DNA from: Malacoraja senta
Taxonomy: Eukaryota
Assembly (NCBI GenBank): GCA_038087875.1
Contig: CM075994.1
Location: forward strand, 310,001-374,000
Length of the DNA: 64,000 bases
Reading direction: 5' to 3'
Both the position numbers and the translations under genes were made by a program. The stretch's first letter is position 1, and each line of letters starts with the position of its first letter. The notes beneath the pieces were generated by a model. It saw only the letters and a list, made by a program, of their open reading frames with translations. It searched no databases and was not told the DNA's origin. Shown here one piece after another: positions 1-12,469 of the stretch.

Positions 1-622
1 CCATGACAATATGTCTTTGTTTTCTTAATGTTGCCAAGGCTGGTTTTAATATCTTGGTAAATAGTCTAGGGGCTGATGTTAACCCATTAGGCAACGCTTT
101 ATACTGCCATAGTTGCCCCATCCAGGTAAATTTCAGGTATCTGCGATGACCCTTATGAATGGGTACTGAATAGTAGGCATCTTTTAAATCAATGCTTGCC
201 ATAAAGTATCCTTTGGAAATCAGTTGTTTGGCAGTTACAAATGTTTCCATTTTGAAATGTGCATACTTAACAAAGGTATTTAGTGAGGTTAAGTCAATGA
301 TGATGCGACATCCACCATCTTTTTTGGTTTTGGTAAATATATTTGAGACAAATTCCAAAGGTTCATGTTTGGATTTCTCAATGACACCCTTTGTAAGAAA
401 CCTCACCAGTTCTGCTTGAGCCTCTAGTTCTTCTTTAACTGAGAGGGTAAAGACCCTTTGGGGTACGTGCTGAACTGGTGGCATGTTTTCTTGAATGAAC
501 TCTATTTTGTATCCCCGAATACTGTTAAGTATATAACTATCATTCGTGAGAGACCTCCATGCTTCAATGAACAGGTGTAATCTCCCCCCTGTTAGTACAG
601 TCCCCCCACTTTTTATATGCTG
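1..622 (-). CDS. DIRS reverse transcriptase, N-terminal part (partial)
   Basis: Manually translated open frame from 622 to the window edge, with RT motifs IDLKDAY and LPNGLTSAP. Confidence 0.85.
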
Positions 623-663
623 TTAGGAACCAGACCCACTTACCTCCATAGTTATGGGAGTGT

Positions 664-1908
664 TCATTGCTTCTGTTTCTTCATCCGCCGTTGTACTGCT
701 GGATGTCCTGTTGGTTGGGGGTGGCGCATTTTCCATGGGGTCCGCTCTGGGCCCTGGCCTAAAAAAGGCTTTCGGGGATGGAATGCGGACCCCGAGCTTT
801 CACCAGTCCTGAATGTTTGTTGTCGACTGGTGGACGCGGTGGGGTACTGCCATCTGGGTTGTGTGGGTCTGCTCGTTCCGGGGCCTGCCCTCATGAGGCC
901 AAATGCTTTGGCCTCTTCCTCCAGGTCTTTTACTTGTTTTGTTAAGTCTTTCCCGAATAACAGGATCTGTGGCTCTGAGGCCGGTGTTTTACACAGTCCT
1001 GCATACCTGGGATTGAGGGCAGGTCTGATTATCTCCTTGCGGAGGTTGTTGATCTCGTATTGGGTGTTGCACAGCAGAGCCAGAGTGTCTTGCTGGTTTG
1101 TGGTCATATCCAACCCATCCACGGAACGAGCATAGGATGTTATCCCTGTTGTCAGGAGCTTGAGGATGCATTGTAATTTTAGCTCCTGGCTCCGGATACT
1201 CTGTCCAACATACGCCCAGATTTGGCTGTTAACGGCCGGTACATTAAGCGAACTGCAGTTCTCCGGAGGCGAGTAGATTTCTAATGCCTCATTAAGTACC
1301 TGATCTTGTAGGGGTTTGAGGAACAGGTGGTTAATGCTGGCCGCCAGTTTTGTCTCCAATGGCCGCCCTGCTCGTGGTATAGCCACGTAGCGATTCACCA
1401 CACCCAGCAGCTCTTCCTGGTCCTGTACCCCAAGCGTACTCCCGATATCTTCAGCCAATCACCCCTGTTCCTGACCAGCCCAGTCCTGGTCGCCAATGCT
1501 GCCCTCGGCTGAGGGGGAAGCAATGGCCAGTGCATTGTAAGGCATTGCTGTGGGAGTGCCTGAACCCCCTTTGCGAGACTGCTCCAGCTCCCGAAGCAAG
1601 TCTCGCTGGAGCAGTTGCTCCATGAGCCTTTCAATTCGGCTCAGGCGGCTACCCCTTCTGCTCTCAGGCGGAGCCTTCTCATCGGAGTCAGACATAACCG
1701 GCCGGTCTGTTTTTTGTCTTGATTTGCCTCCAGCCCGCTGCTGCTCCTCAGGCTGCGCTAGCGGTACTGGGCTCGGCTCGGTCTCGATGAGGGTGGACCG
1801 CAGCATGTGCGGTTCAGGTGCCGCCTCTCGCCCCCCACTGATGGGACCCTCCGGTTCTGTTGAAGTCGAACGGGCGGCGGTTTTCTTTGCTTGCCGTGCT
1901 TTACTCAT
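664..1908 (-). pseudogene. DIRS ORF1 (gag-like) split by one in-frame TGA
   Basis: ORFs 1459..1908 and 664..1458 are contiguous in the same frame, separated only by TGA at 1461-1459. The C-terminal half has the PENC..LNVPAVNSQIW and LLFGKDL motifs typical of DIRS ORF1. Confidence 0.75.
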
Positions 1909-2379
1909 TTTCCCAGTTTTACCTGGAATTACAGAGCAGAGGAAGCTTGCTATTACGACCTCAGAGTAAGTACTTACCTGATGGTCCGCTTTTTAAACTT
2001 GTAGCGGGAGCGCCTTGTACTCCCGTTCGTCGCTGTTGCACTGCGTGAATGCTAATGTCGCGCATGCATGCTGGACGGGCTCTTCACGTAGTCACTCACG
2101 TGACTCCGAAGTAAAATGTACAAGTAAAAGAAGGTCGGATGAATATCTTACTGTTTTTCTTCAACAATAAAGAAACTATTAATCAAAAGACTGTGTTATG
2201 AAGATTTATCTTTCGAGAAGCTTTGAGCTCGAAGGACATGGAGCTTGCATGCGTATCAAAATGACATAATAATAATAATAATAGATTTTATTTATATAGC
2301 GCTTTTCAGGCATCCTCCTCATAAAGCCATGTTTTCTCCCGAGTGGCTAGAGAGATAATGGAGTGATCTCTTGAACGAT

Positions 2380-3065
2380 ATCAAGTCAAGTGAGTTTATT
2401 GTCATGTGTCCCTGGTAGGACAATGAAATTCTTGCTTTGCTTGAGCACAACAGAACATAGTAGGCATTTACTACAAGGCATTCTATAAATATATACACAA
2501 TGGTCAATATACTGATAAAGTGCAAATAACAGTATTGGCTAGTAAAGTTCAGTGTTATGTCCGAGCCAGGTTTAATAGCCTGATGGCTGTGGGGAAGTAG
2601 CTGTTCCTGAACCTGGTCGTTGCAGTCTTCAGGCTCCTGTACCTTCTACCTGAAGGTAGTAGGGAGATGAGTGTGTGGCCAGGATGGTGTGGGTCATTGA
2701 TGATGCTGCCAACCTTTTTGAGGCAGCGACTGTGGTAGATCCCCTCGATGGAAGGGAGGTCAGAGCCGATGATGGACTGGGCAGTGTTTACTACTTTTTG
2801 TAGTCTTTTCCTCTCCAGGGCACTCAAGTTGCCGAACCAAGCCACGATGCAACCGGTCAGCATGCTCTCTACTGTGCACCTGTAGAAGTTAGAGAGAGTC
2901 CTCCTTGACAAACCGACTCTCCGTAATCTTCTCAGGAAGTAGAGGCGCTGATGTGCTTTCTTAATAATGGCATCATTGTTCTCGGACCAGGAAAGATCTT
3001 CAGAGATGTGCACGCCCAGGAATTTGAAGCTCTTGACCCTTGCAACCATCGACCCATTGATATAA
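2380..3065 (-). mobile_element. Rex1/Babar-like LINE, 3' fragment
   Basis: ORF 2555..3076: FKFLGVHI...KKAHQRLYFLRRL...LLPSGRRYRS...RFRNSYFPTAIRLLN, followed by a 3' tail. Confidence 0.85.
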
Positions 3066-3257
3066 TAATCTGCCACTACACTTAGGGTGAAGCTGTTTTC
3101 ACAGTTTAGCTTGCCAGATAGTTCCAGGATCGCAATCCCGCTGTGCTGAAGTTATAGCAAAGGAGACCAACATTGCGACATCGTGAACTGGAGTGGAACG
3201 GAGAGATGGTGATGTTCCAATGTACCTGTTCCTCTTGTCCCAGTGAGTAGAGGGGCT

Positions 3258-3283
3258 TCATTTATTCAAGAAGTCGGTCCAAG
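3258..3283 (-). pseudogene. Putative terminal coding exon of the minus-strand IgSF paralog ((A)WTDFLNK*)
   Basis: Acceptor tattctgattcccacag; the phase-1 junction fits the TM exon at 6427-6481 and gives a short tail ending at TGA 3260-3258. Inferred only. Confidence 0.35.
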
Positions 3284-3344
3284 CTGTGGGAATCAGAATA
3301 TCAGTATTAACTAATGCTCAGGTTTATTGTATATGGCCTCAATA

Positions 3345-3897
3345 AGTCATGGGAGCAGAATTAGGCCATTTGGCCCATTGAGTCTACTCCACCATTCTAT
3401 CATGGCTGATCTATCTTTCCCTCCTAACTCCATTCTCCTGCCTTCTCCCTATAACCCCTGACACCATTATGAATCAAGAATCTGTTAATATCCACCTTAA
3501 AACTACCCAATGACTTGGCCTCCAGTGCCATCTGTGGCAATGAAATCCACAGATTCACCACCCTCTCGCTAAAGAAATTCTTCCTCATTTCCTTTCTAAA
3601 GTTATATATGTCCTTTTATTCTGAGGTTATGCCCTCTGGTTCTAGACTCTTTCACTGGTGGAAACATCCTCTTCACATTCACTCCATCCAGGCCTTTCAC
3701 TATTTGGTAAGTTTCAATGAGGTTTCCCCCTCGTCCTTCTAAACTCCAGCGAGTACAGGCCCAGTGCAGTTAAACGCTTATCGTACGTTAACCCACTCAT
3801 TCCTGGGATCATTCTCGAAAACCTCCTCTGGACCCTCTCCATTGCCATCACATCATTCCTCAGATATGGGACCCAAAACTACTCACAATGCTCCAAG
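3345..3897 (-). mobile_element. CR1 LINE 3' fragment
   Basis: Reverse complement matches the CR1 3' coding region and tail seen elsewhere in the window (e.g. 18310-18900). Confidence 0.8.
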
Positions 3898-3901
3898 TCA
3901 T

Positions 3902-4215
3902 AGGGTGGCCGCTGTGGTGCAGCTGTAGAGTTGCTGCCTTACAGTGCTTGCAGCACCGCAGACCCGGGTTCGATCCCGACTACAGGGGCTGCTGACTGTT
4001 AGGAGTTTAAGTATGTTCTCCCCGTGACCGCGTGCATTTCCTCCGAGACCTTCGCTTTCATCCTACAGACGTACAAAGACGTACAGGTATGTAGGTTAAT
4101 TGGTTGGAGTAGTGTGTATAGGATAGTGTTAATATGCGGGGATCGCTGGTCGGTGCGGACTCGGTGGGTCGAAGGGCCTGTTTCTGCACTGTATTTCTAA
4201 ACTAAAAAAACTAAA
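3902..4215 (+). mobile_element. tRNA-derived SINE (HE1-like)
   Basis: A-box-like GTGGTGCAGCTGTAG, B-box GGTTCGATCCC, a 3' end shared with the CR1 tail (GAAGGGCCTGTTTC) and a (CTAAA)n tail. Confidence 0.85.
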
Positions 4216-4499
4216 AAGTGCGATCTGACCAGCGCCGTATAAAACCTCAGCATTACATCTTTGTTTTTATATTCTCGTCCTCTCGAAATAAATGCTAACA
4301 TTGCGCTTACTACTGATTGAACTTGCAAATTACCCTTTTGGGAACTGCACCCGCACTCCCAAGTCCCTTTGCACCTTCGATTTCTGAATACAATCCCCAT
4401 CTAGAAACAAGTCTGCGCCTTTATTTCCACCCCTGAATTGCATGACTGTACACTTTGCTACACTGTTATCCATCTGTCTTCCAAGATGAGAGGCTCCGA

Positions 4500-5192
4500 A
4501 TTCTGCACTCATTACTTGAAGGTCGAGTCACAGGTAGATAATGTGGTCAAAAAGGCTTTTGGCACTTTGGCCTTCATCAGTCAGAGTATTGAGTATAGAA
4601 GTTGGGAGGTCATGTTGCAGTTGTATAAGACATTGGTGAGACTGCATTTAGAATATTGTGTTCAGTACTGGGTACCATGTTATAGGAAAAATATTGTCAA
4701 ACTTGAAAGGGTTCAGAAAGGATTTAGGAGGATGTTATCAGGACGAGAGGGTGTGAGTTATAGGGAGAGGTGGAGTAGGCTGGGTCTCTATTCCATGGAG
4801 CGCAGGAGGATGAGGGGTGATCTTATGGAGGTGTATAAGATCATGAGAGGAATAGATCAGGTAGATGCACAGAGTCTTTTGCCCAGAGTAGGGAAATCGA
4901 GTACCAGCGGACATAGGTTCAAGGTGAAGGGGAAAAGATTTAATAGGAATCCGAGGGGTAACTTTTTCACACAAAGGATGGCGTGTGTATAGAACTAGCT
5001 GCCGGACGTAGTTGAGGCTGGGACGATCCCATCGTTTAAGAAACAGTTAGACGGATAGGACAGGTTTGGAGGGATATGGACCAAGCGCAGGCAAGTAGGA
5101 CTAGTGTAGCTGGGACAATATTGGCCGGTGTGGGCGAGTTGAGCCGAAGGGCCTATTTCCACACTGTATCACTCTATAACTCTCTATGACTC
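4500..5192 (+). mobile_element. CR1/HER1-like LINE 3' fragment
   Basis: ORF 4438..4992: LYKTLVRLHLEYCVQYW...RRRMRGDLMEVYKIM; (TCTATGAC)-like tail. Confidence 0.85.
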
Positions 5193-5907
5193 CAAGATGC
5201 ACATTTGAGCAGTGGAGTGAGGCAGTCCAAACACAGACAGATAGTAGAGAGTTAACAGTGCATCTCTCTCTAATCTGCAGATATTTCCCTGTGAATGAAC
5301 TATTATGAATGAATACTTTATTGTCACAGTGAAATACTTTCCAAGGTATGGAAATAGTCGCCGGAAAGGGCACTTACAAAGTATCCCACGCCACATCCCC
5401 CTTTGTTGTTCCCCCTCCCCCCACCTACACGGCAGTCCCCCCCATGACGGGTCCTCCTTTGTTCTTCCACAGCCCCCCCCCACCACCACCATGGCAGTCC
5501 CCCCACGCCGGCTCCTCCTTTGTTCCTTTCCTCGGCAACGGCGTCCTCACTTCCACGTGGTCCATCCTCGTCTGTCGGTCAGCGCCATCATCGCCGGCTG
5601 CACAGACCTCTCCACTATTGCTGCTGGGTCCTCTCCGGACGTCTCCATGGCACCGCCCCATGCCCACTAAATGGCTATGACACTAAAGGGCCCTTCTGCC
5701 CCCATTGAAAAAATCTTACAGTGATAGCACAGGAGAACGGATTATACTTTGTTCCTGGGGACATGTGTAATATTTCTCCCTCACCGATATCCAAACACAT
5801 TGTCACACAGACATTTGCAGGATCTGACTGGTCACAATTGTTCATAAGTGATATGAGCAGAATTGTGCAGGAAGGAACTGCAGATGCTGGTTTACACTGG
5901 AGGCAAT

Positions 5908-6070
5908 GCAAAATGCTGGAATAAGTCAGCAGGGCAGGCAGCATCACTGGAGAGAAGGAATGGGTGACGTTTTGGGTCTGAAGAAGGGTCTCGACTCAAA
6001 ACGTGACCATTTCCTTCTCTCCAGAGATGTTACCTGTCCTGCTGAGTTACTCCAGCTTTTTGCTTCTATC
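5908..6070. repeat. Short fold-back (inverted) Penelope-terminus element
   Basis: Arms aaaatgctgga...ctggagagaaggaatgggtgacg and cgtgaccatttccttctctccag...tccagcttttt are reverse complements of each other. Confidence 0.7.
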
Positions 6071-6426
6071 TTCAACACACACACACACGCAGATAGGCTT
6101 CGGTTTCCTTCACGTTTCGGATATGTTTCGGTTCGAGACCCTTCTTCAGAAGAACTCAATGGCCTGCAATGACCAGTATACCGCTGAGTTACTCCAGCAT
6201 TTTGTGTCTATCATAGGAGCAGAATTAGGTAATTCAGCCCAGCAAGCCTACTCTGCCATTCAATCAATCATTCCCGCTTAACGCCATTCTTCTGCCTTCT
6301 ACCACTAACCCCTGACACCCGTACTAATGAAGAATCCATCTCTCTCTGCCTTAGATTCACCACCCTCTGACTGACTCCACACCACCACATACAAGGACAC
6401 GGTTTTACCAGAGAATGAATACTCAC

Positions 6427-6481
6427 CATGTACCAACAGAGCGCTAAGCACGAGAACCGCTGTGATCACGAAGATAATGGT
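6427..6481 (-). pseudogene. Partial transmembrane exon of an IgSF paralog (TIIFVITAVLVLSALLVH, donor gtgagt)
   Basis: Reverse complement matches 61632-61687 and the following intron. The 5' part of the exon is replaced by sequence homologous to 32696 onward. Confidence 0.7.
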
Positions 6482-6806
6482 CCCGTGTGTCCGTGTGGGG
6501 CGCGGCTTCAGCAAACTTCTCGCTTCACTTCCCTTTTGCACAAAACAATCCTAGTCCCAGTCCCTTAAAAAAAAGGTCTTTAATTTATTCTGTGAAGTGA
6601 CGATGTAAACCGAGCGATCCGGACGGACACTAAAATGTCCAGTGTTAGAACCTGCAGCGTTTTGACATTATTGATCTTCTTTCTTCTCCAACATCCCACG
6701 GGTCTGGAACACTGACAATTTGAGGGAATTAATGGAAGCAATTTTAGCTTAAATTGAATCGTCCATGAGGTTAAAATGGAATAGTTGAGAGGTCATGTCG
6801 CAGTTG

Positions 6807-9212
6807 GATAAGAGATAAGATAAGATAAGATATACCTTTAATAATCCTTTGCAGGAAATTACAGTGCCACGACAGCTTCAAGACAGACATAACACCACAC
6901 ATTTCCTCAAATAGCTTCCATACTTAACAAGTTAAAATACAAGTTAAAATACAAGTTAAAATACAATTAATGAAAAAAAAAAGTGCAGTTATTTATGCGC
7001 ATTATATAACCTTATAGCAGCTGGTAAACAGGACTTCCTATGTCTCTCAGTTTTGCACATTGGTGCAATCAGTCTCTGACTGAAGATGCTGCTCTTGATC
7101 ACCTTCAGGGCATGGAGTGGTGAGTGGGGTTGGTCATTATTGAACCCAGTTTGTTCAGAGTTCTGGCCTCTGCCACCTGCTGGACCGTTCGTTGCTCAGC
7201 CCCGACCACTGAGCCGGCCTTCCTGATCAGTTTGTCCAGTCTGTTTTTGTCCGCTATGCGAGCGCCATCTCCCCAACAGGCCACAGCAAAAAACAGAGCA
7301 CTGGCCACCACTGAATGGTAGACACTGCACAGTAGGGGTTGGCAGATGTTAAATGACCTCAGCCTCCTTAAAAAATACAGTCGGCTTTGTCCCTTCCTGT
7401 ACACCGCCTCCATATGACACTTCCAGTCCAGCTCACTGTCAAGCTGCACACCAAGGTACCTGTGGTTAGCGACCACCTCCACCTCAGTGCCCTTAATGGT
7501 GATTGGTGTTGCTTGAGTCCTCCTCCTCCCCCTCCTGAAGTCCACAACTATCTCCTTGGTTTTTGTGGTGTTAAGATGGAGGTTATTGTGTGCACTCCAC
7601 TCCACAAAGTTACTTATTATGTCTCTATACTCCTCCTCATTGCCCCCTTTAATGAGGCCGACAACAGCTGTGTCATCCGAAAATTTCTGCAAAAAGCAGC
7701 TGTTGGTGTTATATTGGAGATCCGCTGTGTAGATGGTAAACAGGAATGGAGCCAGCACAGTTCCTTGTGGAGCCCCTGTGCTGCTCAAGATGGTGCTTGA
7801 GACATTGTTCTGTAGGCGCACGTACTGTGGTCTGAGGGAAAGGTAATCCAAACACCACAGTACCAGTGATGGATCCACTTTCATCTTCTCCATCTTCTCC
7901 CCTAGCAGTCGGGGCTGAATTGTGTTGAAGGCGCTTGAGAAGTCAAAAAATGTAATCCTTACAGATGCATCAGTAGTGTCCAAATGTGTGTACACCCTCT
8001 GCAGCATGTAAATGAGGGCATCATCGACACTGATGTTAGGCTGATATGCAAACTGTAAAGGATCCATTTGATTTGACACACTAGTCCTGATGTAGGAAAG
8101 GACAAGTCTCTCAAATGTCTTCATAATATGTGAAGTGAGCGCTACTGGTCTGTAGTCATTGTGGTGAGTGGGATGGGTCTTCTTTAGGACAGGTACCAGG
8201 CAAGATGTTTTCCACAGCCTTGGAACCTTCTGTAGACGCAAGCTCAGGTTGAACAGGTGTGTTAGAATACCACACAGCTCTGAAGAGCAGGTCTTCAGTA
8301 GCCTTGGGCTGGTGTCATCAGGCCCCACTGCTTTCCCCTGGCTTCAGTCTGTCCAGCATCATCTTGACCTGAGCAGTATGAAGAGTCATAGGTGGGGCTG
8401 CTGGTGGAGTGGGAGGAGGAGGGAGGGGACTCCGTACAGGTGACATCTCAGGAGTGATGGAGATGATGGAGAGAGGGAGGGGAGGTGGAGAGGAAGCAGC
8501 AATGGTCAGCAGACCAGGTGGGGGAGGCTGGGGTGGTGTGGGGCAGTCAAATCTGTTGAAAAATCTGTTCAGATCATCAGCCAGACTCTGTTCACCATCA
8601 GGCAGTGTACCACCTTTCTGCTTCATGCCCGTGATCTTTCGCATTCCAGCCCATACCTGCTTCACACCATCTTGCTGCAGCTGTCGTTCTAATTTGAACC
8701 TATAGGCTTGTTTCCCCTCCTTAATCCTCACCTTCAGTTCCTTTTGAAGTTCTTTGATTTTATTCCTGTCGCCCTCCCTGAAAGCCTTTTTCTTCTCATT
8801 TAGTAAGGCCTTCAGGCTGCTGGTAATCCAAGGTTTGTTATTAGGGTAGCAACGAATTACCCTGGATGGCATGATGTCATCATAACAGAAATTGATGTAA
8901 TGGGTAATGCATTCTGTTAGTCCGTCAATGTCTTCCCCATACTCCCCACAGAACACATCCCAATCTGTTGTCTCAAAACAGTACCTCGGGGCTTCATCTG
9001 CCTCAGGATACCAGTCTCTTGATGTTCTGGTGGTGACAGGCAGCCTCTTGGCAGCTGGGGTGTAGGAGGGAGAGAGATGTAGCATGTCGTGGTCTGATCG
9101 ACCAAGAGGGGGCAGTGCAGTACATTTGTATGCATTTTTCACATTTGCATACAAAAGATCCAGCGTTTTATCACCTCTGGTTGTACAGTCAACAAACTGT
9201 TTAAAAGTGGTG
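6807..9212 (-). mobile_element. Rex1/Babar-clade LINE, 5'-truncated, with an RT frameshift
   Basis: ORFs 8318..9154 and 7105..8328 ([35 protein letters not shown]); (TCTTA)n tail at about 6807-6832; interrupts a CR1 fragment that is uninterrupted at 33030-33060. Confidence 0.9.
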
Positions 9213-9775
9213 GTGTATAAGACGTTGGTGAGGCAACATTTAGAGTATTGGGTTCAGTTCTGGCCACCATGTCACAGGAAAAATGTTGTCAAGCTGGAAA
9301 GGGTACAGATAACATTTATTGTGATGTTGCCAGGACTAGAGGGTCTGAGCTATAGGGAGATGTTGATCAGGCTGGGTCTATTCCTTGGAGAGCAGGAGGA
9401 TGAGGGGTGATCTTATACAGTATAAAATCTAGTATAAAATCTAGAATAAAATCATGAGAGGAATAGACTTTCTTGCCCAGAGTAGGTAACTCGAAGACCA
9501 GAGGATATAGGTTTACAGTTAAGGGGGAACGATTTAATAGTAAACTGAGGGGTAACTTGTGTGGTTGGTGGATAGAACAAGCTGCCAGAGTAGGTAGTTG
9601 CAGCATGGACTATCCCAATGTTTAAGATACAGTTAGACAGGTTCATGGATAGGACAGGTTTGGAGGAATATGGACCAAACGTGGGCAGGTGGGACTAGTG
9701 TTGCTGGGCATATTGGCCTAAGGGTAAGTTGGGCTGAAGGGCCTGTGTCTATGCTGTATCACTCTATGACTGTGA
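9213..9775 (+). mobile_element. CR1/HER1-like 3' fragment (part of a segmental duplication)
   Basis: LVRQHLEYWVQFW motif; shares flanking sequence with 33040-33179 plus 36360-36800. Confidence 0.8.
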
Positions 9776-10051
9776 CAAAGAGAGGTGAAGGAGTATCTAA
9801 TCATGGGAAACAACAAGGTAGCGGGAGGGGAATTGTTTGCCATATCTGTGGAATTCTCTGCCACAGAAGCAGGGCTGCCAACTCTCATGCATTGAGCGTG
9901 AGAATCACGCATTTAACCAAATTCTCACACTCTCACACTGATCACAAATTTCTCACGCTCTGTCGTGAGAAATTCGGCGATCAACGAAAATTTCAAAACT
10001 CATATCAACTGTATGGGCCGCAGGTGTTGGAGACCCGGCGCTGAGGGAGGG

Positions 10052-10322
10052 ATGGAAGCAGAAGCAGCGGCGGGGACAGATGCGGACAGGGAGCCTGGGC
10101 TGGCAAGTGTTTGCCTGGCTGGCGAGTGTTTGCCAGGCTGGCGAGTCGCTCACTACAGCTCTGGCCATGGAGCAGCTTCAGTGCAAGAGTCCCGGGCCGT
10201 CGGAGGCGTCGGAAGCGTTGCGCCACTGCCATGAGAGTCTCTGTGCCGAATTTGCCCAGGTGACTGGCATGGATCAGGCTGCGGCTCGGTGCATCCTGGA
10301 GGACAACCAGTGGCTGCTGGAA
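10052..10322 (+). pseudogene. TDP2: Tyrosyl-DNA phosphodiesterase 2 first exon (UBA-like domain), isolated copy
   Basis: LCAEFAQVTGMDQAAARCILEDNQWLLE followed by a phase-0 gtaagt donor resembles vertebrate TDP2 (LCVEFASVASCDAAVAQCFLAENDWEME, recalled). A 19-nt tandem duplication shifts the ATG at 10052 out of frame. I recognised no downstream TDP2 exons. Confidence 0.75.
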
Positions 10323-11781
10323 GTAAGTACCAAGAACTGGGTAGAAACGGTGGAAGATAGTGGCCTTCAAATGGGGGTGGTTGGAGAAAGCATCCTGCTT
10401 GCCTGCCTGATTTTCATTTACTCTAACTGCAGGAAAAAATGTTCCCAATGTTGGGGGAGTTCAGAACCAGGGGTCACAGTTTAAGAATAAAAGGTAGCCC
10501 AGTTAGGACTGAGATGAGGACACACTTTCTTCACGCAGAGAGTTGTGAATCTTTGGAATTCTCTGCCACAGAAGGCAGTGGAGGCCAATTCACTGGATGT
10601 TTTCAAGAGAGAATTATATTTAGCTCTTGGGGCCAGTGAAATCAAGGGATATGGGGGAAAACAGGAAAGATGTACTGATTTTAGATGAACAGCCATGAAT
10701 GTTGGCTCGAGGGCTGATTGGCCTATTCCTGCACCTATTTTCTATGTTTCTATGCTTGAGAATATGGCAATAAAAGTCAACCACTTGATTTTTAAGTATT
10801 CATGCATGGTTGAAGTATAATCATAGAGTGATACAATGTGAAAACATGCTCTTCAGCGCAATTTGCCCACACCCGCCAACATGTCCCAGCTACACTACCT
10901 GCTTTTGGTCCATATCCAAACATGTCCAATCCATGTATCAGTAACTGTTTCTTAAATGTTGAGATAGTCCCTGCCTCAAGTACGTCCTCTGTCAGCTTGT
11001 TCCATATACCCACCACCCTTTGTGTGAAAAAGGTTACCCCTTAAAAAGTTACCTCTTAAAAATACTTCAAACAAAAAACATTGAAATCATACTTCTACAA
11101 TGCACTAAAACATGATTTTAATACATCAAATTTCAAAAAGTCCCTACTGTGCGAGGGGGGACAACCCCCTTCCACACACTCCCCCCACTTAGTTGCTCCA
11201 CTCCCTCACCGGGTACCCCCAAGGCCAGTGATCAGGGATCGCTCAGCCTTCCCACGTTCAAAAACGCTCCGTGGCCCCTGATTCAGACAGAGAGCACTGC
11301 CAGATGTGAGCGGGGAACTGAGGCCAGTTGTCCGTGATGTCTGGATCCCAATGCTCAGCGCTTCGTGTTTCAGGGTTGGCTAATGTTATTGATTTTTAAT
11401 TAGCCTGAATTGTAATTAGTTAACAAAACCTTAATTTATTAACCCGGAATATCCAGGGGGATGGGATAAGTGTAATATTAAAAATGCAAGGTGCCAGGCT
11501 GCCTGCCACAGCATACAGCCCCGATAACCCATTATTTCCTTCATTTAAATATTGGGAAGGTAGCACTATTGTAAGTTGCCACTCCACTATTATGTTTGTT
11601 TACCTCACTGTCTATTTCTAACCCCCCCCCCCCCCCCACACACACACACACACACATAAAATTCCTTTGACAGGTTGAATAGAAATGTCCCCCAATCTCG
11701 TTGTTTTATTAATTGCACACGTAGATAAACAGCCTCAAGGAGTGTAATCGGAAACTGATTCAGATGCAATGATTGAGAGAC

Positions 11782-12160
11782 AATTGACAATAGACAATAG
11801 GTGCAGGAGTAGGCCATTCGATTCCTCTTGTTATAAAGGCCAACATGCCATTCGCTTTCTTCACTGCCTGCTGTACCTGCATGCTTACTTTCATAGACTG
11901 ATGTACAAGGACCCCCAGATCCCATTGTACTTCCCCTTTTCCCAACTTGACGCCATTTAGATAGTAATCTGCTTTCCCGTTTTTGATACCAAAGTGGATA
12001 ACCTCACATTTATCCGCATTAAACTTCATCTGCCATGCATCTGCCCACTCCGCCAACCTGTCCAAGTAGCCTGCATTCTCATAGCATCCTCCTAACAGTT
12101 CACACTGCCACCCAGCTTTGTGTCATCTGCAAATTTGCGAATGTTACTTTGAATCCCTTG
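11782..12160 (-). mobile_element. CR1 RT fragment plus tail
   Basis: ORF 11760..12065: WADAWQMKFNADKCEVIHFG. Confidence 0.85.
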
Positions 12161-12469
12161 AGAACTTGTTCAAAGATGGGGCATATTTTAAAGGAGTGAC
12201 AGAGATACTTGCAGGGGAATGTGTTGGGAGGTTCTTATTTGTCTTTAGTTTTAGCTTGAACCAGGACATCTGAAGATTCAAAGTTTAATACAGTAATTGT
12301 GCTGATACTGACTCCAACCAACCACGTAATGAACATCATCCATTCCATAGGTTTTATTTTTCTGATGCCATTTAAACTTCACTTGGATTTCAATCACTTC
12401 AATGTAAAAGTAATTGGGAATGGGGAGCATTGTAACAAAAACTTGCCCTCGGTACATATTTACAAGAGT

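Larger units (their letters stand above)
1..2116 (-). mobile_element. DIRS1-type tyrosine-recombinase retrotransposon, 5' part (runs off the left edge)
   Basis: A gag-like ORF followed by an RT frame with DIRS-like motifs (GGRLHLFIEAW, IFTKTKKDGGCRIIIDL, HFKMET, MASIDLKDAYYSVPI, LPNGLTSAPRLFTK). The putative terminus TTTTACTTCGGAGTCACGTGAG lies near 2116. Confidence 0.85.

Noticed and set aside
617..1969. Plus-strand ORFs 617..1135 and 1550..1969
   Set aside because: Antisense shadows of the DIRS ORF1.
3902..3985. tRNA gene
   Set aside because: The A and B boxes continue into a SINE body and CR1-derived tail that recur many times; it is a SINE head.
5184..5708. Overlapping Pro/Gly-rich ORFs
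   Set aside because: Low-complexity C-rich sequence with no domain or convincing splice signals.
11050..11280. A separate complete transposon ending GTGGCCCCTG inside the Pack element
   Set aside because: Only one hAT-like end is visible; no matching left TIR or TSD was found.
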